A stretch of 64,000 nt of DNA, taken from assembly GCA_045863855.1 (NCBI GenBank), contig BTVV01000017.1:1-64000 (forward strand), given 5' to 3'. Below the pieces are notes generated by a model, which worked only from the letters and a program-made list of their open reading frames with translations, was not told where the DNA came from and made no database searches. This document shows, piece by piece, positions 21,277 to 29,401 of the stretch (positions are counted from its first letter, which is position 1; each line of letters opens with the position of its first letter). The stretch is from Planctomycetota bacterium (lineage in GTDB: Bacteria > Planctomycetota > SZUA-567 > H5-PLA8). The translations under genes and the position numbers were made by a program.

Positions 21277-24200
21277 CTATTGGACGTGCGGGGCGTACTT
21301 GGCCTTCCAACCGGATTTCTCGTTTTCGTCTGGGAAGCGGCTGACTACCGTCAGCTCGACCACCTTGCTGGCTTCCGGTTCGCCATCGATCTGGTCGGGC
21401 GTCGCGCGAACGGCGCGGACCACCGAACCTTCGGCCGGCTTGAAGCTGTTGCGCACCGCCGCGAGCACGTGGAAGTTGAAATCCGAATCGCTGAACGAGA
21501 AGCTCGTCACGACACCGGCGACCTGCCCCTTTTTGTCGAGGATCGCGTGCCCTCCGCGCACGCTGCGGCGCCCCGAGCCGCGCAAGCGGAGCAGGCGTTT
21601 ACGCCGTGGACTGAGCCGCCGAATGTACGCATCCCGCCCAATGTAAAACGGGCGATGGAAGCGGCTCACGAAACCGTAGTCGGCTTCGGTGAGGCTGAGT
21701 TGTTCGGGACCTTCCAGTTCGTGCCCGAAGAGGGGGAAGCCGGCTTCGGTGCGCAGCGAATCGCGCGCACCCAAGCCGCAAGCGCGCACGCCGCGGCCTT
21801 TGCCCTGCTTCAGAAGAAGTTCCCAAAGTTCCTGCGCGCGCGCGGGATGCACGAAGAGCTCGAACCCGACGGCTTCGCCGGTGTACCCTGTTCGCGCAGT
21901 AAGCACCGGGATGCCACCGATGGAAATAGGGTGGATGTCGTTGAGCTTCCCGGCGCGGAGTGCCGCGCGCTGAGCTTCGTCCGCGGCCAGTTCGATCAGG
22001 ATCTCCAGCGAGAGCGGGCCTTGGAAGGCGATATCGAGCTTCGAGTCGGGCCCGGCATCGCGCAGCGCGCGAAGCTGCACCGGCCCGGGCGCGCGCTTGC
22101 CAGGTTGTTCGGCGTCGATGCAGACCTTGCCGTCGTTGACGGCGTTGAACCAAGCCCAGTCGCGGTCGAAGTTTCCGGCGTTTACGACCACCATAAACGT
22201 GTCGCGCTTCAGTCGGTAAACGTACACATCGTCAAGCGCTTCGCCGGTTTCGCGGACCAGATAGCTGTACTGCGCTTCGTGGTCCACCAGCCGCGCGGCT
22301 GAGTTCGCGAGGCAACACTCGAGGAAGGCCAGCGCGTAGGGTCCGCGTACTTCCAGGGCGCTCATGTGGCTGACGTCGAACAACCCGGCGGCTGCGCGCA
22401 CCGCCGCGTGCTCGGCGAAGATTCCGCCTGGGTATTCCACCGGCATCTCCCAGCCGCCGAAGGGCACGAGCTTCGCGCCGGCTTGAGCGTGCCAGCCGTG
22501 GAGTACGGTCTTCTTCAGCGGCCCTTCGGGCGCCGTGTATTCGAACGGCGGCTTGGGGTTGGCGGGAAGCATTCCACGCAGCGCCTTCTGTCCGACGAAA
22601 AAGGGCTTCTCGGCGGCTATGGCGCTCGCTGGCGCCCGATCCAGGCCGCCCAGATCGGGGAGGCTTTTGACGTCGTGGCGCAGTTCGGGCGTCTGGAGCG
22701 GAACGGGGAGCGATTCGACCGCAAAGGGGCCGTCGATCTTCATGTACGGATCGGCTGTGTCGAGGACCACGTACCCATCGCTGACCGCGCGCAACCAGAG
22801 GTACACGCGCTCGTAGTGGGCCGCATGCGGAAAGAGCGCGATCCGCTCTTCGCCGTTGGGGCCGCTGGCGGGATTCTCCTGCCAGCCCAGGTACGTGACG
22901 GCTACGTCGTCGAGGATGCCGCCCTGTGCATCGAGCATGTATCCTTGAACGGTTTGCCCTTCCGCGAGGCCCAAGACGTCGCAGGTGAGCAACTGGTCGA
23001 TGCCCAAACGGGCCTTCTCGCCGCGCACGAGCATTCCGGCGCGGGAACCGATCATCGCAGGCATCACATTCGTCGAAACCACCGATTCGTCTCCAGCAGG
23101 GCGTTGGGGGTAGGGGAGTTTGCGGGCGATCGCCGAAACTTCGGCGCGGGCTTTCAGGAGTCCGTCGAAAGGTACGCGTCCGCGGCAGCGTTCTTCGCCC
23201 GACGGCGCCCAGACCTGGAAGGCCGTCGCCGAAGCAAGGAGTTCCCGCGTCGTTTTGGCGAGCTGCTTAAGCTGCTCGGGTTTGATCCCGCGCTGCGTCA
23301 GCCAAGGCGTGCCGAAGCGCAGTCCGCTGCTGTCCGCGGCCGAACGATCGCCGGGCAGCGTATTCTTGTTGCAGACCAAGCCCACGTTTTCCAGCAGCCG
23401 CGATGCGGTCTCGCCGTCGAGTATACCGCCGCCTTGAACCTTGAAGCGTTTTAGGTCGATCAGGAGCAGGTGCGTATTCGTGCCGCCGTACTCGAGCGTA
23501 AAGCCTTCGTCCTGCAGGGCGCGGGCGAGGGTCTGGCTGTTTTCGATGATTTGGGCCTGCAACGCCACATAGCTCTCGCGCCGCTGCAGAATGATTTCGA
23601 AGAGCCGTGCGATACCCGCGATGCTGTTGACGTGCGGTCCGCCCTGCAGGCCCGGAAAGACGGCGTTGTCGATCTTTTTCGCCTTATCTGCGCAGGCCGT
23701 AACGATTGCAGCGCCGCGCGGACCGCAGAGCGTCTTATGGGTCGTGAACGTAACCACATCCGCATAGGGCAGCGGATTGTTCAGCCGTCCGGCCACCACC
23801 ATCCCGGCCAGATGCGCGATGTCGGCCAGCAGGAGCGCACCGCATGCGTCGGCGATGCCGCGCAGCGTTTTCCAATCGAAGTCCCAGGGGTAGGCGCTGC
23901 TGCCGGCGACGATCATTTTCGGGCGGCACTGCCGCGCTTGCGCGCGGATGCGTTCGTAATCGAGCTTGCGCGCCGCGCCTTCGGCTTCGGTATCGATGCC
24001 GTAATGAAAGACGCGGTACTGCTTGCCCGAGACGTTGTACGGACTGCCGTGGCTGAGGTGGCCGCCGTGGCAGAGGTCCAGCGTCAGGAGCGTATCGCCG
24101 TGTTCGAGCAGCGCGGTATAGACGCTTAGGTTGGCCGGCGAGCCCGAAAGCGCCTGGACGTTGACGTGAATGCGGCCGGCGGGCGGCGAGCCTTCGAGAA

Positions 24201-24540
24201 GGCTGAACGCCTGCGCGATATTCGCCTTTGCGGCCAGTTCGACGCGGTCGGCTTCGGCGCAGCCGCGGTAGAAACGCCCGTCGCTCAAGCGCCGGTGCCA
24301 AGCCTTGAAGTACTCGTTGTCGGCGGCCAGTTCCGTCGACCAGCGTCCCAAGCGCAGATCGGGCTGGCCTTCCGCGTAGAGGTTGCCGAAGTCGCTGGCC
24401 ATCAGCCGCGCGACCTCCGGCATGCAGATCGATTCGGACGGGATGAGGATCAGTTCGTCCATCTGCCGGCGCGATTCGGCCCGGGCAATCTCTTCGACGT
24501 ACGAGCCGGCTGGCGACGACGGTTCGGGCATCGCGAACAT
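21277..24540 (-). CDS. glyA-gcvT: Serine hydroxymethyltransferase - glycine cleavage T protein fusion
   Basis: YAEG, GGHLSHG, ADIAH, TTHKTL.GPRG, PGLQGGP; later FGGWEMPVEY, GLFDVSHM, RTGYTGE.GFE, GLGARDSLRTEAG in one ORF; GGAG RBS before ATG 24540. Confidence 0.9.
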   Translation of the reverse strand: MFAMPEPSSPAGSYVEEIARAESRRQMDELILIPSESICMPEVARLMASDFGNLYAEGQPDLRLGRWSTELAADNEYFKAWHRRLSDGRFYRGCAEADRVELAAKANIAQAFSLLEGSPPAGRIHVNVQALSGSPANLSVYTALLEHGDTLLTLDLCHGGHLSHGSPYNVSGKQYRVFHYGIDTEAEGAARKLDYERIRAQARQCRPKMIVAGSSAYPWDFDWKTLRGIADACGALLLADIAHLAGMVVAGRLNNPLPYADVVTFTTHKTLCGPRGAAIVTACADKAKKIDNAVFPGLQGGPHVNSIAGIARLFEIILQRRESYVALQAQIIENSQTLARALQDEGFTLEYGGTNTHLLLIDLKRFKVQGGGILDGETASRLLENVGLVCNKNTLPGDRSAADSSGLRFGTPWLTQRGIKPEQLKQLAKTTRELLASATAFQVWAPSGEERCRGRVPFDGLLKARAEVSAIARKLPYPQRPAGDESVVSTNVMPAMIGSRAGMLVRGEKARLGIDQLLTCDVLGLAEGQTVQGYMLDAQGGILDDVAVTYLGWQENPASGPNGEERIALFPHAAHYERVYLWLRAVSDGYVVLDTADPYMKIDGPFAVESLPVPLQTPELRHDVKSLPDLGGLDRAPASAIAAEKPFFVGQKALRGMLPANPKPPFEYTAPEGPLKKTVLHGWHAQAGAKLVPFGGWEMPVEYPGGIFAEHAAVRAAAGLFDVSHMSALEVRGPYALAFLECCLANSAARLVDHEAQYSYLVRETGEALDDVYVYRLKRDTFMVVVNAGNFDRDWAWFNAVNDGKVCIDAEQPGKRAPGPVQLRALRDAGPDSKLDIAFQGPLSLEILIELAADEAQRAALRAGKLNDIHPISIGGIPVLTARTGYTGEAVGFELFVHPARAQELWELLLKQGKGRGVRACGLGARDSLRTEAGFPLFGHELEGPEQLSLTEADYGFVSRFHRPFYIGRDAYIRRLSPRRKRLLRLRGSGRRSVRGGHAILDKKGQVAGVVTSFSFSDSDFNFHVLAAVRNSFKPAEGSVVRAVRATPDQIDGEPEASKVVELTVVSRFPDENEKSGWKAKYAPHVQ

Positions 24541-24748
24541 GACTGCCGCTCTCCGGGGATGAACGATGTCTTTGTACCATGCGGGAGGGGTTCGGCCAAC
24601 GAGAGGAAGCCGGTCACGGGGTGGATTGGGTGGCTGGGGCGTCAGAGGACGCCAAGAAACATGCAATCCGCAGGCTTATGCGTTCCCGTGCCTACAGGAC
24701 CGGGGCGGAGCGTAGCGCCGGACATCCAATGCAAATGACTCGGGCAGT

Positions 24749-25162
24749 TTACGGAATCCGCATACCTCGAACTTCGAATAAGGCTTTCTTGCCGGATTTT
24801 GTCCAAGTCAATCTGCCGGCGATCGTGTCGCCCTGCACGGACAACTCCCAGCGCGCGACGCCGTGCTGTTCGCTTTTTTGTTCGACCGTCACGCTGCCTT
24901 TTTCGCCGGCTACGCCCGTCGCCGCGGCGAATCCTTGTTTCTGATTCACCCGGCTCGTGAAAGTTCCGCGCACGAACGCAAGTTCGTCTTCGTAGGCCCG
25001 GTCCGTACCGGGCAGCGCGTTCTTTTCATTGGGGCTTAAGGTGACTTTCCAGCGGCCTTCGGCGCCTTGCGGACGCGTGCCCCCTTCGGAGCCCGAGACC
25101 GCGAAGGCTACCATGACGCCCAGCAGCAGGCTTGCAAAAGCGACCGTTCGTTCGATCAGCAT
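24749..25162 (-). CDS. Hypothetical exported beta-rich protein
   Basis: GGGGAG RBS; signal-like N-terminus; beta-strand pattern. Confidence 0.65.
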   Translation of the reverse strand: MLIERTVAFASLLLGVMVAFAVSGSEGGTRPQGAEGRWKVTLSPNEKNALPGTDRAYEDELAFVRGTFTSRVNQKQGFAAATGVAGEKGSVTVEQKSEQHGVARWELSVQGDTIAGRLTWTKSGKKALFEVRGMRIP

Positions 25163-25189
25163 GGCGTATATCTCCCCGAAGCGCACCGG

Positions 25190-25993
25190 TTAAGGCTGCC
25201 GATAGTGAATGACCACGCGTACCTGCGCCGAAATCGCGCGGCCGTTTTCTCGCGCCGGCTCGAAGCGTGCGGCGCGTGCGGCCGAGATCGCCGAGCGGAC
25301 GAAATCGGCGTGTACCTCGGTGCTCACCGCCGAAACGTCACGGACCCGGCCTTCGGCATCGAGTTCCAGCAGCAGGACCACCGAAGCCACGGCGCCGCTG
25401 CGCCGCTGGCGTTCCGGGTAGACCGGCTCGATCGGACGCAGCAGACGCGCGGAGGTGGTGGGACCGCCGGGCTTGACCGCCGCCGCCGGGGGCGCCAAAG
25501 GCGCTGGGGGCGAAGCGTCGGGCTGCGCTTGGGTTGTGGATCTCCCCACCGGGCGTTTCGGTAAGTGTTCCAGACGGGCTGCGATCTGAATTTCCGATAA
25601 TGCGGCAGTGGGTGCGTCTTCGGTCGGAAGCGGTTGATCCGAAAGTGCTTCGGTCTCGAATACCACTTCGGGTGCGGGTTCCAGATCGGCGAGCGGCGGG
25701 GCTTCGGATTCGCTTGGGGGTAGCGCAGGGCGCTCCAGGGTCGGCAATGTAGTACGATCCACTCGTTCGATGCGGACGACTTCCAACGGCCGCTCGAAAC
25801 GAGCGGCTTGTCCAAGGATCACCGGCGTCGTGGACAGCAGGATTGCCAAAAAGCTCAAATGGATCAAGACAGAGAACAGCCACGGACGAGGCTTTCGCAC
25901 TATGGGGCGAGCGGGCTTTGCAGGCACCGCCACAGCTTGGGTGGAGGAAGCCTGCGCGGAAATGGGCATCGCCGAGTCGGTCAATGGAGCCAA
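25190..25993 (-). CDS. TonB family energy transducer
   Basis: TM with S-x3-H (FSVLIHL), Pro-rich linker, C-terminal PVYP..LDAEGRV..F..SA..RFEPA..G; start could be 25969. Confidence 0.85.
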   Translation of the reverse strand: MAPLTDSAMPISAQASSTQAVAVPAKPARPIVRKPRPWLFSVLIHLSFLAILLSTTPVILGQAARFERPLEVVRIERVDRTTLPTLERPALPPSESEAPPLADLEPAPEVVFETEALSDQPLPTEDAPTAALSEIQIAARLEHLPKRPVGRSTTQAQPDASPPAPLAPPAAAVKPGGPTTSARLLRPIEPVYPERQRRSGAVASVVLLLELDAEGRVRDVSAVSTEVHADFVRSAISAARAARFEPARENGRAISAQVRVVIHYRQP

Positions 25994-26184
25994 CCTTGAT
26001 CACCGTTGAATCAGAACAAGCCACCTCATGCTAAGCAAGCGCCCGTCCCAATCGCCGAAAATACTAACTTCTTGACTGCACTAGGTTAACGAATGTCCTG
26101 GTGCAATCGTTCAATAATTTATGTACACTTCTTACACAGGTGTTGCGCTAAGTTTGCAGATGGGGTACCGAATCCGATTCCGGG

Positions 26185-26835
26185 CTACCCCATCCAGACT
26201 CCGACTACTTTTCGAAGTTCCTGTAGATCTTTGATCTTGTGCGAGACAAACAGGTCTCTCCGGTAGCTCTTGGGGCCGCGATAGATCGCGCCTAGGAAGA
26301 CTTCGCCTTTACGATCTTCGTTGGGGTACCAGGCTCGCAACAGCGTTTCGCGCTGGGTGCGGACCAGCACGATATCGCCAGGCATCAGGTCTTCCGGCCG
26401 CGCGTTGCGATACAGCACATACTGTCCGTCGGCCACCAGGGGCCACATCTCGTTGCCTTGAACCTTTAGCGCGCCGCTGCAATCCAGGACCAGGGCTTGC
26501 GGCTTGATGTAGCGATACGCCCGCTCGTCCATTTCGTAGTTGCCGTGCGCGGTGGCTTCGACGTTCACCACCGGGTGGTCGCCCAAGGCCGAGAGCGCTT
26601 TCTGGAGGTATTGCGCGGACCAGCGTTTGCGGCCGTTAACCAAGTTGTACGCCGTGGCGCGCGAGCAGCCTAAGAACGCGCCGAGGGCCGCCACGCCGCC
26701 CAGCCTGTCGGAAAGCGCCTGAAAGACGGCGCGTGGATCCTGGACAAGCTGCGTGAGGCTCCCGCTGCCCGGCGTCTCCGCCACGCCGTCCAGCACGTGC
26801 TTTCTCTTTTGGGGATGGATTCGCTTGCGGCCCAT
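26185..26835 (-). CDS. HTH + S24/LexA-like domain transcriptional regulator
   Basis: HTH ALGAFLGCSRATAYNLVNG; LKVQGNEMWP.V.DGQYVL, GDIVLV, KVVG. Confidence 0.75.
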   Translation of the reverse strand: MGRKRIHPQKRKHVLDGVAETPGSGSLTQLVQDPRAVFQALSDRLGGVAALGAFLGCSRATAYNLVNGRKRWSAQYLQKALSALGDHPVVNVEATAHGNYEMDERAYRYIKPQALVLDCSGALKVQGNEMWPLVADGQYVLYRNARPEDLMPGDIVLVRTQRETLLRAWYPNEDRKGEVFLGAIYRGPKSYRRDLFVSHKIKDLQELRKVVGVWMG

Positions 26836-26927
26836 GGCGTTCCCGCCTCTCATTGCGCGTGGGGTGCACGCAAAGAATACAGCCCAAGCGGTCTACGTTA
26901 AGGTCTATTCGGGCGTGCAGGCGGCCG

Positions 26928-29390
26928 CTACATCATCCGGCCGCGTTTGCGCAGGAGCCATTCGGCCGTAATCAAAGCGGTGAAGAGGGCCAGCACCGGC
27001 CAGCGATCCCAGAGGTTGGTTGGAATCTCGCGCTGAATCAGGTCGGTCTTTTCGCGGATCAGCGGCGGCAGCGTATCGAGTTTATCGATGGCGATAAACT
27101 GTCCGCCTTCTCCGCCGGCATCGGCCAGCGCACGCAGGAGTTCCTCGTTGGTGCGCGGGTTTTCCAATTCGAGTTGCGGGACATCCACCTTGAAGGTCAC
27201 TTCGCTCTGCCGGACTTCCGGCTGGTTGGGGTCGACCAGCCAAACCGTGTAGTCGCCTTCTTCTGTGGGGAAGAAGTGGCCTTCGTAGCTGCCGCCCGAT
27301 TCCTTGCGGTGCGTCAGTTCCTCGGTCTTGCGTTCGCCCTTGGCCGTCTCGATATGCAGGGTGGTGGTGGGCACCGTCAGGGGCTCGAACTTCTCGTCTT
27401 TCAGCAGGGCGTTAACGACGACTTTGTCGCCGATGGCGTAGGAAACTTTGTCCACGTCCATCAGGAAGCGCTTCTGCCCGCCCAGGCGTTTGGCCATGCT
27501 CAGGAAGCGAATGGCCTGGTTGTAGAAGCGGTAGTGGTAGCGGTCGCCGATTCCGCGCCGCCAGCGCCAAAGCGAATCGACGCCGATGAACATGCTGCGC
27601 CCGGCGCCGTACGGCATCACCGATACCAGCGGCATCTTTTTGCCTTGTTCGTCCTTGTCGTACGGATGCACGACCACCGGCGTAGCCAACTCCTTCACGC
27701 GCTTGACCGGGTAGTACCAGAACAGGCGCGGCAAATTTTCCCAGATCTCGCGGTTGGCGCCCTCGTCGGCGTCCAAGTGCGTCCAAGGCATGCGCCGGCC
27801 CTCGTTGGTCAGTTCGAGGGGAAAGGTTTCCTGCAGGCCTTCGTCGCCGATGGCGTAAGCGGCGCGCTGCGGCACCACCGGGAGCATCTCGCCCAACGGC
27901 CCGCCCGTGTATGCGGCCGGCGCGAATCGTTCGCCGGCGATCATGATGAAGCCGCCGCCTTCGCGCACGAAATCGCGGATCAGCGTGGTCTGGTCGTTGG
28001 TGAATATAATCGGGTTCACGTCGCCCAGGATCAACACGTCGTACTCGTTCATTTCCTTCTTGGTGCCGGGGAAACGCTCCAGCGGCTCTTTGGACGCCGT
28101 GCCGTCCCAAATCCAGGCCCCGTCGGTGGTCGCGAACAGGATATCGGCTTCGGTCGTGTGATCCCGAATCAGGTAGGTCTTAAGGTATCGGTACTCCCAG
28201 CGCGGTTCCTGGCCTTCGACGAAGAGCACTTTTACTTTCTTATCGACCACCTGGAAGGTATGCGTGGCGACGTTGTTCTCGGGGCGCAGTTCGCCGTCCT
28301 GTTCGGGCAATTTGATCGTGTAGACATACTTTCCAGCCGTCTTCTCGCGGAACTTCAGCGGTATGGGAACCTTTTCGCCGCTCTTGCCGAGTTTCACTTC
28401 TTCGGGTTGCCCGACCACTTCTCCGTTCTCGCGGCGCATCTCGATGCGCAGGGTGCCGAGCGAATCGTACCCGCGCTGGCGCACGTAGGCGACGATTTCG
28501 GACGGGTCGTCCGGCAGAATCACGTCCGGACCTTCGACGCTCAGTTCGATGTCCTTCGGTTCGCCCGGATCGCCCACCGCCACCGTGAAAACGGGGATGC
28601 GCTGAATCTTGTACTGGCTCGCGACGACCTGCACGGCGTCTTCGCCGGCCGTCTGGCGCCCGTCGCCGATCACGATCACGCCGGCCAGCGGCAGACCGCG
28701 GTGCTCTTTCATCGCCTGGCGCAGCGCATCGCCGATGCGCGTCTCGCTGCCGCGTGCCTCGGGTTCGGTCTCCAGTTTCGGGGCGCGTCCTTCTGCGCCA
28801 GGCAGCGGCTCGAACGATTTGGAGTACGTATACAGCTTGACGTCGTGCTTCTTCTCCAGTTCGCCCAACAGATCGTTCTTGCGCAACGCTTGGCAGGCGA
28901 CCTGCATGCGCGTGATCTTCCCGAAATCGGCCAGTTCCAGATCCTTCACCTTCAACTTGCGCTGCTGCTTGGACTGCTCGTCGACCAGCACGATTTCCTG
29001 ATCCGGACCCAGCGCTTTCTTGATCTGGTCGCGCAAGGCATCCTCGGCGTAGGGAAACTTGAGGCTCATCGAGAAGCTGTCGTCGAGCAGCACGAGGACC
29101 GTCGAGCGCTTCTTCTCGGTATGCGTCGAGACCAGGATAGGCTCGGTCAAAATCAGGAGCGCGATAATCAGCAGCATGGCGCGAATGACGCCCAGCGTGA
29201 ATCGCAGCGGCCAGCCGGCGGTATCCTTGCCGTCGCGGCGGTAGATCCAGACCGTGAAAGCGATCACGGCCACGGCCAGCAGGAAAACCTGCCAGCCTTC
29301 GGGCATCTGGTTCAGCCGGAAACCGATCTCGGCATCCGGCCCCAGGCCTTCGGTATCCACGCCCAATAACCAAGCGATGAACGACTGCAC
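26928..29390 (-). CDS. Membrane-anchored vWA + GATase-like protein (paralog of 431..3202)
   Basis: GTG start with GAGGAG; MIDAS DDSFS, IGDGR, PRWEYRY, YDVLILGDV, DSLWRWR, EWLLRKR. Confidence 0.88.
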   Translation of the reverse strand: MQSFIAWLLGVDTEGLGPDAEIGFRLNQMPEGWQVFLLAVAVIAFTVWIYRRDGKDTAGWPLRFTLGVIRAMLLIIALLILTEPILVSTHTEKKRSTVLVLLDDSFSMSLKFPYAEDALRDQIKKALGPDQEIVLVDEQSKQQRKLKVKDLELADFGKITRMQVACQALRKNDLLGELEKKHDVKLYTYSKSFEPLPGAEGRAPKLETEPEARGSETRIGDALRQAMKEHRGLPLAGVIVIGDGRQTAGEDAVQVVASQYKIQRIPVFTVAVGDPGEPKDIELSVEGPDVILPDDPSEIVAYVRQRGYDSLGTLRIEMRRENGEVVGQPEEVKLGKSGEKVPIPLKFREKTAGKYVYTIKLPEQDGELRPENNVATHTFQVVDKKVKVLFVEGQEPRWEYRYLKTYLIRDHTTEADILFATTDGAWIWDGTASKEPLERFPGTKKEMNEYDVLILGDVNPIIFTNDQTTLIRDFVREGGGFIMIAGERFAPAAYTGGPLGEMLPVVPQRAAYAIGDEGLQETFPLELTNEGRRMPWTHLDADEGANREIWENLPRLFWYYPVKRVKELATPVVVHPYDKDEQGKKMPLVSVMPYGAGRSMFIGVDSLWRWRRGIGDRYHYRFYNQAIRFLSMAKRLGGQKRFLMDVDKVSYAIGDKVVVNALLKDEKFEPLTVPTTTLHIETAKGERKTEELTHRKESGGSYEGHFFPTEEGDYTVWLVDPNQPEVRQSEVTFKVDVPQLELENPRTNEELLRALADAGGEGGQFIAIDKLDTLPPLIREKTDLIQREIPTNLWDRWPVLALFTALITAEWLLRKRGRMM

Positions 29391-29401
29391 GGGACTCCTC
29401 G

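Noticed and set aside
24541..24748. Glycine riboswitch upstream of the glyA-gcvT fusion
   Set aside because: No tandem GGAGA/CCGAAG/CTCTCAGG aptamer pattern seen; a covariance search would settle it
26035..26052. Sigma54-like TTGGGACG...TTGCT upstream of tonB (minus strand)
   Set aside because: The best-matching register gives GG-N11-GC, not the required N10
26185..26835. Prophage remnant around the CI-like regulator
   Set aside because: No integrase, cro, structural genes or att-like repeats
26853..29369. Long antisense ORFs (also 599..2578, 10412..12055, 29504..31420, 34421..36316, 41049..42614)
   Set aside because: Shadow frames of high-GC genes on the opposite strand; no recognisable motifs
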